Notes: generated by a model not told the origin, from the sequence alone. A stretch of 64,000 nt of DNA from an uncultured Lentisphaerales bacterium (GCA_943788985.1 CALSSJ010000022.1:96001-160000), one strand, 5' to 3'; positions 9,741 to 19,830 are shown, numbered from the stretch's first letter. Translations and numbers: made by a program.

Positions 9741-11028
9741 GAGCTCGAACGGGAAGTGCGGCGCGGTGTTGGCCGCGCTTTTGCGTGTTGGTAGTTGGGT
9801 GGCGCGGTGATGTGGAGTACGGGCGCGACTTACGAAGTGCGGCAAGAGAGTGACTTGGCGCTGGTCCCGTGGGGGGGGCTCCGTGGCGGTGATGTTGTCC
9901 GCATCCATTGGCGCGAAGCGCCGTACCAGATGAAGTGGGTGATCTGTGAGCGGGGAAGGCCTGACGCGCCGGTTTCCTTTATCGGTGTGCGAGGCGAGAG
10001 CGGGAAGCGGCCACCGCGTGTGCGGCGTCGATGCAAAGGTCCCACGGGGCTTGGATTATTGGGGAGAGGAGCGCGGGGTGATCAAAGTTGGTGGCGCGAA
10101 CCGTCCTGAAGACGAGGTCCCCGCACATATTGTCATTCGTGGCCTCGAGATATATGGGGCAAACGGAGGCACGGCTTTTATCGGACGAGATGGCCCGAGT
10201 CGCTACAGTACGAACGCGGCAGGTATTTACATCGAGAAGGGGACGGATATTCGCGTGATTGACTAGCCTGTTGCGGGATTGCGGGGAACGGGTTGATGTC
10301 ATCACTATTTGAGTGAGCACGTCCTAGTTCGTGACTGCGAGATCTATGGGAACGGGGTGGGAAAGGGGATTTATCATCACAATGTCTATACGGAGAGCCG
10401 GGGGATTCGGTTTGAGCGGAACCGGTTGGGCCCACTGCGGAAGGGGGCGCGAGGAAATAACTTGAAGGACCGGTCTGCGGGAACCAGGATTCTCTATAAT
10501 CATATTAGGGGAGGGAATAGACTCTTGGATCTTGTGGACAGTGACCACAGCGAGGTGCGGGACTTCCCGGGCTACGGGACTGCGACCGTCCATGGCAATG
10601 TGATGATTAAGATTGCCGACACGAAGAGCTGGCAGGTGATGCATTTTGGGGGCGACAGCGGGGAGATGGGCCACTATCGGCAGGGGCGTCTCCTGTTCAC
10701 GCATAATACGGTCGTCAGTAAGCGCCGGGTGGTTCTGGCGCGGATGGAGAAGGGAGAATTGTTGGGGCGCAATAACGTGATTGCCGTGGGGCCGCGCAGT
10801 GTGTTACATGACGGCGGCGTGATTCGTGAGTTTTCGGCTTCGTGGCTTTCGCGTGGTTTTCGAGGCGCGTCTCCGCACGCGAGGCTTCGCGGAAGCGAGC
10901 CGTCGCTGCAGAAGGATTATTGGCTGACAGTGGATGCAAAGGGGCGCGGACTGGCATTCGCTTTGGAACCCAGCTGGGGCTTGAGTGGGGCTGCAGATCT
11001 GGGCGCGATTTTTCGTCCGGGCTCATGA
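9737..11028 (+). pseudogene. Right-handed beta-helix polysaccharide-active protein, broken by several frameshifts (probably sequencing errors)
   Basis: ORF pieces 9795-10109, 9946-10266 and 10309-11028 join into one protein collinear with the intact N-terminal domain of the 52440 gene (DYW, HNxYTES, GNxxKDRSxGT, LDLVDSD). Confidence 0.75.
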
Positions 11029-12173
11029 AGGTTCTGGTTATCACGAGTTTGTACCCGGACCGGGCCCAGCCGACGCATGGGATTCATAACGCACGGTTGG
11101 TGAGACACTTGGCGCAGACGCATGACGTGCGGCTGATTATTGTTCGGACCCGTCTGCTGGGATGTTCCAAATCAGAATTTTTTCCCTGTAAGGAGGACGA
11201 GGAGTTGCAGCCAGCTGTGGGGCAGGTCCGCTATATTCCCAAGATCGGCTCATTGGTGAATCACCGTCTCTTCGGTCATGACATCGGTCCACTGCTGGCT
11301 GCAACTTTGGACGAATTCTCTCCAGATGTGATTTTGGCACCGTGGCTATTTCCGGACGGTTGTGGTGTGGTTCGTGCATTGGGTAGTGTGGGGGTTCCTG
11401 TTGTGATGGTTGCTCAAGGAACGGATGTGCATCATTACCTGAAGATGCGGCCGCGACGTAAAGCGATTTTGGAAGCGGTGAGGATCGCTGGCGGCACAGC
11501 GACGCGTAGCAAGGACATTGCCGAGCAGTTGGTGGCTGCTGGTGCGCCCGCTGATCGCGTGCGCGCGATTTATAATGGAGTGGATTTGTCGCAGTTTTCG
11601 ATGGAAGGCTGCGCGAGGCGGGACAAAGAGCTGCTATACGTGGGAAATTTTTATGACGTCAAGAATCCACTTCTTGCGATTCGAGCCCTAGCGGTTCTAC
11701 AGTCCAGAGTACCCGATTCAGAGTGGACGCTTACCATGATTGGGGATGGGCCGTTGCAGAGTACGGCTCGGACGCTGGCTGCTGATTTTGAGGTCGCAGA
11801 GCGGGTGGTCTTTGCAGGGAGATTGGGCCCCGAGGCAGTCGCGGCGAAGATGCGAGACGCAGAAATGCTTCTTATTCCCAGTCGAAATGAGGGTATTCCA
11901 AATGTTTTGCGCGAGGCTTTCGCCTGCGGGACGCCCGCGGTGGCAACTCGAGTGGGCGGGATTCCGGAGATTCTCTGTGACGCGCGGCTGGGGGAACTTG
12001 TGCCAACAGATGACGCCGAGGGAATGGCCGACGGGATTGAAAAGGTACTGGGCCGGTGTCTCGATCGCGACTGGATCCGCGCTCATGCGCAACAGTATTC
12101 GTGGGCAGAGACCGTAGAGGCTTATTCATCGCTCTTCGAAGACGCGATTCGAAAGACGCCGACTGTTTCCTGA
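11025..12173 (+). CDS. Glycosyltransferase family 4 (GT-B, TuaC-like)
   Basis: Starts MKVLVITSLYP, with IYNGVD and the EX7E motif PSRNEGIPNVLREAFACGTP. ATGA overlap with the upstream gene. Confidence 0.9.
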   Translation: MKVLVITSLYPDRAQPTHGIHNARLVRHLAQTHDVRLIIVRTRLLGCSKSEFFPCKEDEELQPAVGQVRYIPKIGSLVNHRLFGHDIGPLLAATLDEFSPDVILAPWLFPDGCGVVRALGSVGVPVVMVAQGTDVHHYLKMRPRRKAILEAVRIAGGTATRSKDIAEQLVAAGAPADRVRAIYNGVDLSQFSMEGCARRDKELLYVGNFYDVKNPLLAIRALAVLQSRVPDSEWTLTMIGDGPLQSTARTLAADFEVAERVVFAGRLGPEAVAAKMRDAEMLLIPSRNEGIPNVLREAFACGTPAVATRVGGIPEILCDARLGELVPTDDAEGMADGIEKVLGRCLDRDWIRAHAQQYSWAETVEAYSSLFEDAIRKTPTVS

Positions 12174-12877
12174 TTGCCCTTGGGCCCGCGAATAGGGGAA
12201 AGACAGAGGTCTATGTTTGAGAGACCCAGAGTGGCGGCAAAGTCAACAATCTCGTCGACTACGCGCTGCCGAATGGACTCGTCGCGGACTACGCCGCCTT
12301 TGGCCACCTCTTCACGACGGGCTTCGAATTGCGGCTTGATGAGCAGGAAGAACCACGCATGCTCTGCTGCTAGTTGGACTGCCGCGGGTAGAATCCTTCG
12401 TAAAGAGATAAAGGAGACATCGGCGGTGACGAGATCGACTTGTTGGGGGAGGTCGGAGGCAGTCAAGTGCCGCGCATTGGTTTTCTCCATGCAAACAACT
12501 CTGGGGTCTTCGCGGAGTTTGAGGTGCAGTTGGGCTGTGCCAACGTCTACCGCATAGACTCGGGATGCACCGCGTTGGAGCATCAAGTCGGTAAAGCCGC
12601 CGGTTGAAGCACCGATGTCCAGAGCCACGAGTCCATTCAGCTTTGGGAGATGTGCGTCGAGGGCTGGAAGGAGCTTGTCTGCTCCGCGGCTTACGTACGG
12701 ATAAGGTGCCTTGATGTGAAGTGGTGCGTCCTCAAGGATCATCTCGTTAGCTCCTTGGACCACGTGGTCAGAGCCCACGCGGACCTGTCCGGCGAGAATC
12801 GAGCGTCTTGCCTGCTCTATGGATGGGGAGAGGCCTTTTTGCACCAGGAGTTGGTCGGCGCGGTGCTTCTTATTCAC
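12122..12877 (-). CDS. tlyA: TlyA family rRNA 2'-O-methyltransferase
   Basis: S4-like N-terminus, YVSRGADKL, DIGASTGGFTD, DVSFISL, LIKPQFE, GPKGNQE. The likely start is the GTG at 12877, just after the uppS stop (the ORF track starts at 12910). Confidence 0.95.
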   Translation of the reverse strand: MNKKHRADQLLVQKGLSPSIEQARRSILAGQVRVGSDHVVQGANEMILEDAPLHIKAPYPYVSRGADKLLPALDAHLPKLNGLVALDIGASTGGFTDLMLQRGASRVYAVDVGTAQLHLKLREDPRVVCMEKTNARHLTASDLPQQVDLVTADVSFISLRRILPAAVQLAAEHAWFFLLIKPQFEARREEVAKGGVVRDESIRQRVVDEIVDFAATLGLSNIDLCLSPIRGPKGNQETVGVFRIASSKSDE

Positions 12878-12878
12878 C

Positions 12879-13679
12879 TCACTTGCCGTAGCGACGTTGT
12901 CGCTTGTCATATGATTGCAGAGCCAGCAGTAGATCGCGCCTGGAAAACGCTGGCCACAAGCAATTGCAAAAGTAGTACTCTGCGTAGGCTGCTTGCCAGA
13001 GCAGGAATCCAGAAAGGCGAACTTCGCCGCTGGTGCGAATCAGAAGATCGGGTGGTGGCTGGCCAGCGGTGTAGAGATTTGCTTCGATGTCATCGCAGGA
13101 GAATGAGTCGATCGCATCTATGAACGGAATGCCTTGGGCCAGTTTTTCGCGAAAGTGCTCTCGGCATGAGTCAGCAATTTCCTGGCGGCCTGCGTAGGCG
13201 ATTGCGACGTTGAGGGTGTAACTATCGTAGTCTTGCGTGGCCTCCTCAGCGATCTGAATTGCCTGCTGCAGAGAGTCCGGGAGGGAATGGGTGCGCCCGA
13301 TGAAATTCACCTTCAGCTTCTTCGCGTGAATATCCGGGTCGGTGGCCATCTCGCGAACCTTGGTTTCGATCAACCCAAAGAGGCCACTTACTTCGTCGTC
13401 GCTCCGCCCGAAATTCTCGAGAGAAAAGATCCAAATGGTGATGACCTTGGTATCATACTCAACACACCAGTCGAGGACCTGCCTGATTTTGTCCGCACCG
13501 CGGCGATGGCCATCGACGATGCTGGCGAGGGCGTGCTCGCGGGCAAACCGACGGTTTCCGTCCAGGATGATGCCAATGTGGTTGGGTTTCTTCCAGTGTT
13601 TCGAGCGCTCGTGGAGTCTGCGTTCGTTCTGGGGTTTTCCAGATGATGCAAGAATGTGTTGGAGTGGGTTCCAGACCAT
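12879..13679 (-). CDS. uppS: cis-prenyltransferase (undecaprenyl/polyprenyl diphosphate synthase)
   Basis: HIGIILDGNRRFA, FSLENFGR, DLLIRTSGEVRLSGFLLWQ and C-terminal RRYGK. Confidence 0.93.
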   Translation of the reverse strand: MVWNPLQHILASSGKPQNERRLHERSKHWKKPNHIGIILDGNRRFAREHALASIVDGHRRGADKIRQVLDWCVEYDTKVITIWIFSLENFGRSDDEVSGLFGLIETKVREMATDPDIHAKKLKVNFIGRTHSLPDSLQQAIQIAEEATQDYDSYTLNVAIAYAGRQEIADSCREHFREKLAQGIPFIDAIDSFSCDDIEANLYTAGQPPPDLLIRTSGEVRLSGFLLWQAAYAEYYFCNCLWPAFSRRDLLLALQSYDKRQRRYGK

Positions 13680-13705
13680 AACTGTCTGCTGCTTTTGACA
13701 GCAGT

Positions 13706-14824
13706 CTATCCGATGAGTTCGTAGACAGCGTGAGAAAGTGAGAAGCCTTTCAGGTCAATTGCGCCAACTGGGAATGCTTCCATCTGGCCTTCGATGAGTT
13801 CGTGACAGCGCTGGGATAGAAGGATCTGCCCGCCAGCTGCCTTTCCGCAGAGCCGCGCGGCGAGGTTTGTGGGGACGCCGATCGCGGCATAATCGCGCCG
13901 CCCTTCGAATCCGATGGTCCCGAGCGAGGCTTCTCCGGAGGCGAGGCCGATGCCGAGAGCAAGGTCGTATCCCTTTTTGGACCAGTTGGAGCGCAAAAGC
14001 TCGACATGGTCGCGAATCTCGAGTGCCATTTTTGCTGCTTGATAGGCGTGATCGGCCATGGGTTCTGGATCGCCGAGGAATACCATCATTCCATCCCCTG
14101 TGAAGCGCTCGAGGGTGCCGCGGTATTTGAAAATGATGGGGCCGACGAGAGTGTGCAGTTCGCGAATGGTGGCGATTACCTCTTGCGGTGTTGCGAACTC
14201 CGTAAATGATGTGAAGTTGCGCAGGTCTAGGAAGACGATGGTGATCTCGCGGCGGTGTTCCTTGAGGATATCCGGATTTTCGGAGAGTATGCCATCTACG
14301 AGTTGGGGCGAGAAGAACCGGCGCAGCCTGTTTGCCTTTTCCAATTCCTCAACCTGGATCAGAACCCGCTCTTCCAACATGCTGTTAAGGTCGTCCAATT
14401 CCAAGTTTACGCGTCTTAGCTCTGCTTGAGTGTCGTGAATGCGGAGCATGGATCGGACACGTGCTAGCAACTCCATCGGACGATACGGCTTGCTCAGATA
14501 ATCGTCTGCGCCCTCTTCCAGGCCTCGCACGATGTCTTCTGTTTCCGCTTGGGCCGTAACAAGGATGATCGGGATATGAGAAGTGCGCGGGTCTCTTTTG
14601 AGCTTGCCGCAGGCAGTGAGGCCATCCATTCCGGGCATGTCTACATCGAGCAGAATAAGATTGGGCTGGTTCTGTACGGCAAGTGCGATCGCCTCAATTC
14701 CATTATAACCGGCGATTGTGCTGTACCCCTGCACCTTGAGGTGTGCTGAAACCACTGTGACATTTTCGACGCGATCGTCAACAACTAGGATCGTGTGGCT
14801 GGGTTCGTTCAAAGCTTCTCGCAT
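13706..14824 (-). CDS. Response regulator fused to a class III adenylate/guanylate cyclase
   Basis: REC domain (VVDD, LLDVDMP, KP), a coiled linker, then a cyclase domain (FLDLRNFT, FTGDGMM, NLAARL). Confidence 0.92.
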   Translation of the reverse strand: MREALNEPSHTILVVDDRVENVTVVSAHLKVQGYSTIAGYNGIEAIALAVQNQPNLILLDVDMPGMDGLTACGKLKRDPRTSHIPIILVTAQAETEDIVRGLEEGADDYLSKPYRPMELLARVRSMLRIHDTQAELRRVNLELDDLNSMLEERVLIQVEELEKANRLRRFFSPQLVDGILSENPDILKEHRREITIVFLDLRNFTSFTEFATPQEVIATIRELHTLVGPIIFKYRGTLERFTGDGMMVFLGDPEPMADHAYQAAKMALEIRDHVELLRSNWSKKGYDLALGIGLASGEASLGTIGFEGRRDYAAIGVPTNLAARLCGKAAGGQILLSQRCHELIEGQMEAFPVGAIDLKGFSLSHAVYELIG

Positions 14825-14870
14825 TGCAGTTTTGGGCCACTAGAAAGGTGGAATTTAGCGTTTCCTGAGA

Positions 14871-16005
14871 CTATGACAAGCTGTTGAGAATCAGAGTGTT
14901 GTATTGTTGCGAAATTAGTTTGTGTCTGTGGTGGGAATTATACCTGGCACGCAGACTCCGGCAGTAGGCCAGATGACGTGACCTGTCCTGCGTGCGATGC
15001 CAGAGTTCGCGGAGCCCGATTGCGATCTCATCAGCGCTGTGGCCGACGAGGAGGCTGGGGAAAAGAGACAGTCTGTTTTGCATGGCGCCCACATTCGTTG
15101 AGATGATCGGTCGCGCGGCGGCCATCGCGTCGATTGCCACGAAGGGCCCCGCTTCCTCGCCAGAGGCGATGATGGTAGTGTCACAGTCCCGCAGGAGTTA
15201 CCGTATTTCTCTCTCGGGTACCTGTCCTGTAAACTCGATGGTGTCGGTCAAGTCGTTCTCCAGGCCAATTTTTGCAGTAGCTCATGCTCGGGATCATCGC
15301 CACGATGCGGAGAGCGGCTGGTATGTCTCTTTGGGCCATTCGAAATGCCCGGATGGCAATGGCAAAACGCTTGTTGGCATGGAGGCGGCCGATAATGGCA
15401 AGGCGGAGCGTGTCACCAGAGACCGGAGGCTCGATTTCGAGAAGGGCATCTTCGTGCAGGGTGGTCTGCTCGACAGTGTGCGCGTGCCCCTCATAGGAGA
15501 GGACGGCTGACAGTGCCACTCGATCTTTTTTGGAATGGACGAGGATGTCAGCAAGCTTTGGCATTGCTTAGCAGAACTCTGCGTAGTGGGGCGTAACGTT
15601 GCGCTTCGGTGACTAGGCTGGTGAAATGCGCGGTTGCCGGAATGGACCGGCCTGCAGCAGCATGGATAGCGCTGGCGAAGAAATCGCAGGGCTGACCAAT
15701 CAGCGCGTCCGCTGCAGGTCCGTCCCAGAAGTGCTGTCTGATAGCTCATGGCCTCGGACGCACCCGGCAAGGGTTGCCGCACCCCGCCGCACTGGAGAGG
15801 TCAAAGCAGGTTTGGGAGCGTGACAAGCGCCGCGCTACGGATCTGAAGTGCCCGCACCAGATCGCTGTCTGGTGAGACTTTAGAGCTGCTGAGGAACGTG
15901 ACAGTTGCGGACTGTGCAAGTGCGCCAGCGATCATGCCGATGAGGCATTCCAGTCCGCCGAAGGGGCCGGGGCGAGCGTCGAGAATGATTTTTGCTTTTG
16001 TTCAT
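14871..16005 (-). pseudogene. Glycosyltransferase family 4, multiply frameshifted
   Basis: Fragments read IILDARPGPFGGLE..., IIGRLHANKRF..., and EAGPFVAIDAMAAARPIISTNVG (EX7D motif) in different frames. Confidence 0.7.
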
Positions 16006-16085
16006 TTCCCGGTAAACAATGTCTGTTTTTTTTGCAATTTTCGCTGTAACCTAGCAAAATAAGGTAAGATAGCGCAAGAAAACAC

Positions 16086-16114
16086 TTGGACTTGCATCAC
16101 GCTCTAGGTATGTT
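16086..16114 (+). promoter_or_regulatory. Candidate sigma70 promoter of the mraZ operon
   Basis: TTGGAC-17 bp-TATGTT in an AT-rich divergent intergenic region. Confidence 0.4.
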
Positions 16115-16159
16115 GAGGAGTGAAATAGTAACATTTCTGATAAATCTAGGTGGATTTAG

Positions 16160-16615
16160 GTGTCGGAGTTGGAAGCTGCAAACCGTCCGGTGTTCGGCGG
16201 CAAGTTTCAGTACGCGTTGGATAAGCAACGTCGTATTCCTCTTCCTGCTGGCTGGCGTCGGGAGTTGGGGGACGCGACTTCGTTGTTGATGGTGCCCCGC
16301 GAGAACATGCAGATCGAGGTAATGACGGAAGAGTTGTTCCACGAACGAATGGTGCCGTTCGCTGCGCGGCTGGGCCTGCGCGAGCGTGCGCGGCTGGGGG
16401 CGCTCATGCATCGTTCGCCGCTCGACAAGCAAGGGCGCATCACGGTCTCTACGCAGCTATTGGAGTTGATCAAGGTTGAGGAGCAGGTGGTGCTGATCGG
16501 ATCTGTGCAGTCGATACTATTAATGAATCCGGCGACCTGGACGATGGCAGACGATTCAATCGAATCGATTATGTTTGGCTATGGGCAATTGGAAGCTGGA
16601 GGGCAGTTTGGATGA
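16160..16615 (+). CDS. mraZ: Division/cell wall cluster transcriptional regulator MraZ
   Basis: Two DKQxRI repeats (LDKQRRIPLP, LDKQGRITV), directly upstream of rsmH. Confidence 0.9.
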   Translation: MSELEAANRPVFGGKFQYALDKQRRIPLPAGWRRELGDATSLLMVPRENMQIEVMTEELFHERMVPFAARLGLRERARLGALMHRSPLDKQGRITVSTQLLELIKVEEQVVLIGSVQSILLMNPATWTMADDSIESIMFGYGQLEAGGQFG

Positions 16616-17568
16616 CAGCCCCGCGCCCACCACATCAGCCAGTGCTCTTAGAAGAAGTGATTGAGTTGCTGGCAGTTCGTCCTGACGGACGCTATATCGA
16701 CGGGACTCTGGGGGCCGGCGGGCACACCGCGGCCATTCTCGAGCGCGAGCCAACGGCGCAAGTACTGGGGATCGATCGCGATGATCGAGCACTCGGCGAG
16801 GCAGTTGGAAGGCTGACGCCATACTCTGACAGGGTCATGTTGCAGCGTGGTGAGTATGTGGAGATGGGCGAAATCGCCGCGGCCATTGGCTGGGATGGTT
16901 GCGATGGGATTCTGCTTGATCTGGGCGTGTCCTCGATGCAGCTAGATGAGGCCGACCGAGGATTTAGTTTTCAGGCAGATGGTCCATTGGACATGCGAAT
17001 GGACCGCCGCCAGCGGATGACTGCGGCAACGCTGGTGAGTACGCTGTCTGCGGATGAGCTGGCTCAGGTGTTTCGCGAGTATGCAGACGAGCCGCAAGCC
17101 TGGCGGATCGCGCAGGCGATCGCTAAGCGCGCAGAGCAGCTGCCATGGGAGCGCACTGGTGAGCTGGCGGCATGCATCCGAGACTCGGTGAATTGGGCGC
17201 AGCCGAAGCGCTGTCCTGCGGTTGTGCGTTGCTTTCAGGCCTTGCGGATCATGGTGAATAACGAGCTAGAGGCGTTGCAGGAGACGATGAGCGATGTGGT
17301 GATTCCGCTGCTTAACCCCGGCGGGCGGCTGGTTGTGATTAGCTTTCACTCGCTCGAGGACAAGATCGTTAAGGATACGCTGCGGGCGGCCGCAGCGACC
17401 TGCATCTGTCCGCCGCGAATGCCGCTCTGTGCCTGCGGGAAGCAGCAGGAGTTGCGCATTCTGACTCGAAAGGTGGTGCGCTCATCAGAAGAAGAACGTG
17501 ACCGAAACCGCCGTGCCTCTTGTGCACGATTGCGGGCAGCTGAGAAGTGTGAATTAAAGGAGGTGTAA
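16612..17568 (+). CDS. rsmH: 16S rRNA m4C1402 methyltransferase
   Basis: HQPVLLEE, DGTLGAGGH, DLGVSSMQLD, GPLDMRMD, FQALRIMVN, ISFHSLED. Confidence 0.97.
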   Translation: MTAPRPPHQPVLLEEVIELLAVRPDGRYIDGTLGAGGHTAAILEREPTAQVLGIDRDDRALGEAVGRLTPYSDRVMLQRGEYVEMGEIAAAIGWDGCDGILLDLGVSSMQLDEADRGFSFQADGPLDMRMDRRQRMTAATLVSTLSADELAQVFREYADEPQAWRIAQAIAKRAEQLPWERTGELAACIRDSVNWAQPKRCPAVVRCFQALRIMVNNELEALQETMSDVVIPLLNPGGRLVVISFHSLEDKIVKDTLRAAAATCICPPRMPLCACGKQQELRILTRKVVRSSEEERDRNRRASCARLRAAEKCELKEV

Positions 17569-17569
17569 G

Positions 17570-17920
17570 ATGGCTGGTGATGTAGTACGGCGTCCGAACG
17601 GACGCAGGCAACCGAAGAAGCAGGGCGGATTCTGGGGCTATCTGATTGGGTCTGTTCTTTTTGCAGGAGTGTGTTTCTGCGGGCGGATTTATCTGGAGGC
17701 TCAGGCGACGAAGATGAACTCTCAGCGGCAGCAATTGCAACTCACGCTGGAAGATGAGAAGAAGCTGACGGCAAACCTTTCTAATCAGTACTCTGAGATG
17801 TGTATGAAGGAGGATATCACGGTGCGGGCTCGGGAGATTGGGATGATTCCGCCTGATGGGTCGAATGTTCGGGTGTCCTTTTTCTATATTGAGCAGCCGA
17901 CAGTCGCGAATGCAAAGTAA
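17570..17920 (+). CDS. ftsL: Cell division protein FtsL-like
   Basis: Basic N-terminus, one TM helix, a coiled coil and AREIGM..P; lies between rsmH and ftsI. Confidence 0.7.
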   Translation: MAGDVVRRPNGRRQPKKQGGFWGYLIGSVLFAGVCFCGRIYLEAQATKMNSQRQQLQLTLEDEKKLTANLSNQYSEMCMKEDITVRAREIGMIPPDGSNVRVSFFYIEQPTVANAK

Positions 17921-17937
17921 TGATGTGAGGGCGGGGG

Positions 17938-19755
17938 ATGGCTAAGTCTAAGCCACGACGGTCTGGCGCCGGGGACCGCCGAACGGAAACAAACTGCCGG
18001 GGCGCGATGGTGTTTGCCTGCATGATCTTGGGAGCGTGCGGAGTTTCAGGGTTCGCGTTCCACGTCCAGATTAAGAAGCATTCGACCTATTTGGGACAGG
18101 CGCAGGCTCGCTATATGGGGAAATTGAGCCGGACTGGTCAGCGTGGGCGCATCTACCTGCAGGGTAGTGACACGGCGTTCAATCTCCTAGCGGGAAACCA
18201 GACGACGCAGGATATCTTTGTGCAACCGCACAAGATGCTTCGCAAGACGACCAAAGAAGACATTCGTGACGAGATGGTCGACGGGCTTGCCTACATGCTT
18301 GGTGCGAATGCGCAACGGTTGGACCGCAGGATTCAGGCGGTCCTAGATCGACGGGAGCTGGCCAAGACCAATCGCGAGATAGAGTCGATCGGGCGAATCT
18401 CGGTAATGATCGGCGCGGACGTTGCTCTGGCGCAGCAAGTGAAGGCGATGTCCGAGATGAACGGCTGGGGCGGGATTGTTTTCGAGGAACGGATCAGTCG
18501 CTACTATCCGAAGGGAAAGATGTTGGCGAATACGCTTGGCTTCATCAACGCTGAAGGTGTCGGGCAGCATGGTATCGAGAGGGCATTTCAGGATGAATTA
18601 ATGCCAGCGAGCGACACGCAGTTCTACGAGAAGACCGCCAAAGGGCGCCCCGTGATGCGCGACGCAGTCCCAGACTTGAAGGAGCTCGACGGGGCATCAA
18701 TTTATCTGACGATCGACGAGGCCGTTCAGGCGATTGTGGACGCTGAGCTGGTTGAGCTTGCTGAGAAGTTTGCGCCCAAGCACGCCTACGCGATTATGGT
18801 TGAGCCGAGTAGCGGCGCGATCATGGCGATGTCCCAGCTGCCTGCTTACGATGCGAATGTGCGCAGTGATGCGTCGCTGTTTCCGAATCGCTTGCTTGAA
18901 GATGCCTATGATCCGGGATCTACGATGAAATGCGTATCACTTGCCGGAGCGCTTGATTTCGGCGTAGTGGATTTGGATACACTCGTGGATTGTCACAATG
19001 GCTACTGGGGGGAGTATCGGCTGCGCGACACCCATGATTATGATGAGCTGACTGTGGCTGAGATCATCCAACACTCCAGCAATATCGGAACGGCGCAGGT
19101 TGCGTTTGCAATGGGCACATCTGGTCTTTATCAGACGCTGCGGCGGTTCGGATTTGGCGAGCGCACTGAGCTCTCCAGGCTGTTTGAGCAAACCGGTAAG
19201 CTGCGTCAGCTTCACCGCTGGGATCGATACAGCATTACAAGATTTCCGATGGGGCAGGGGATTTCGGCTACGCCCATGCAGATGGTGCAAGCATACTGCG
19301 GACTTGCCAATAGCGGGGTGATCATGCAGCTGCGCCTGGTGGAGCGCATCGTGGATCCGCGAACGGGCATCACCACCAAGTTTCCACAGCTGGAGAGGCA
19401 GCGCGCGGTGCGTCCGGAGGCTGCGCACAAGATGGTAGAAGCGATGAAGCTTGTGGTTTCCGATGGCACGGCCAAATTGGCGCAAGTGCCTGGTTTCGCC
19501 GTAGCCGGAAAGACCGGCACGGCTCAGAAGTGGGTTAATGGCGCTTATAGTCATTCGCAGTATTATGTGTCGTTTGTTGGTTTCGTTCCTGCGCACAAGC
19601 CAAAGTTTGTACTGCTGGTTGCTGCAGATGAGCCGACCAAGCGCAGTTATTATGGCGGCACAGTTTGCGGGCCGACCTTCAGCAGAATTGCGCAACGGTG
19701 CCTCGACTACCTGAACGTGGCCCCCACTGTAGCCGAGATAGCAGACGAGCCATAA
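17938..19755 (+). CDS. ftsI: Class B penicillin-binding protein (FtsI/PBP3)
   Basis: RGRI, RYYPKG, GIE, active-site PGSTMK (SxxK), SSN and KTGT. Confidence 0.92.
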   Translation: MAKSKPRRSGAGDRRTETNCRGAMVFACMILGACGVSGFAFHVQIKKHSTYLGQAQARYMGKLSRTGQRGRIYLQGSDTAFNLLAGNQTTQDIFVQPHKMLRKTTKEDIRDEMVDGLAYMLGANAQRLDRRIQAVLDRRELAKTNREIESIGRISVMIGADVALAQQVKAMSEMNGWGGIVFEERISRYYPKGKMLANTLGFINAEGVGQHGIERAFQDELMPASDTQFYEKTAKGRPVMRDAVPDLKELDGASIYLTIDEAVQAIVDAELVELAEKFAPKHAYAIMVEPSSGAIMAMSQLPAYDANVRSDASLFPNRLLEDAYDPGSTMKCVSLAGALDFGVVDLDTLVDCHNGYWGEYRLRDTHDYDELTVAEIIQHSSNIGTAQVAFAMGTSGLYQTLRRFGFGERTELSRLFEQTGKLRQLHRWDRYSITRFPMGQGISATPMQMVQAYCGLANSGVIMQLRLVERIVDPRTGITTKFPQLERQRAVRPEAAHKMVEAMKLVVSDGTAKLAQVPGFAVAGKTGTAQKWVNGAYSHSQYYVSFVGFVPAHKPKFVLLVAADEPTKRSYYGGTVCGPTFSRIAQRCLDYLNVAPTVAEIADEP

Positions 19756-19830
19756 GCGCATGCTATTCGTTGCGAGAATCGCATGGAATTAGTGTGGCGA
19801 GTGAGCCCAGCTGTCGGGGTCGTGATAGCG

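Noticed and set aside
10261..10266. In-frame TAG in the beta-helix gene as possible stop-codon recoding
   Set aside because: Removing one base gives GAC TGC, matching NC in the paralogue, and TAG is used as a normal stop elsewhere; an indel explains it.
10842..11024. N-terminal extension of the GT4 ORF
   Set aside because: It overlaps the upstream gene; the ATGA-coupled start at 11025 gives the typical MKVLVIT.
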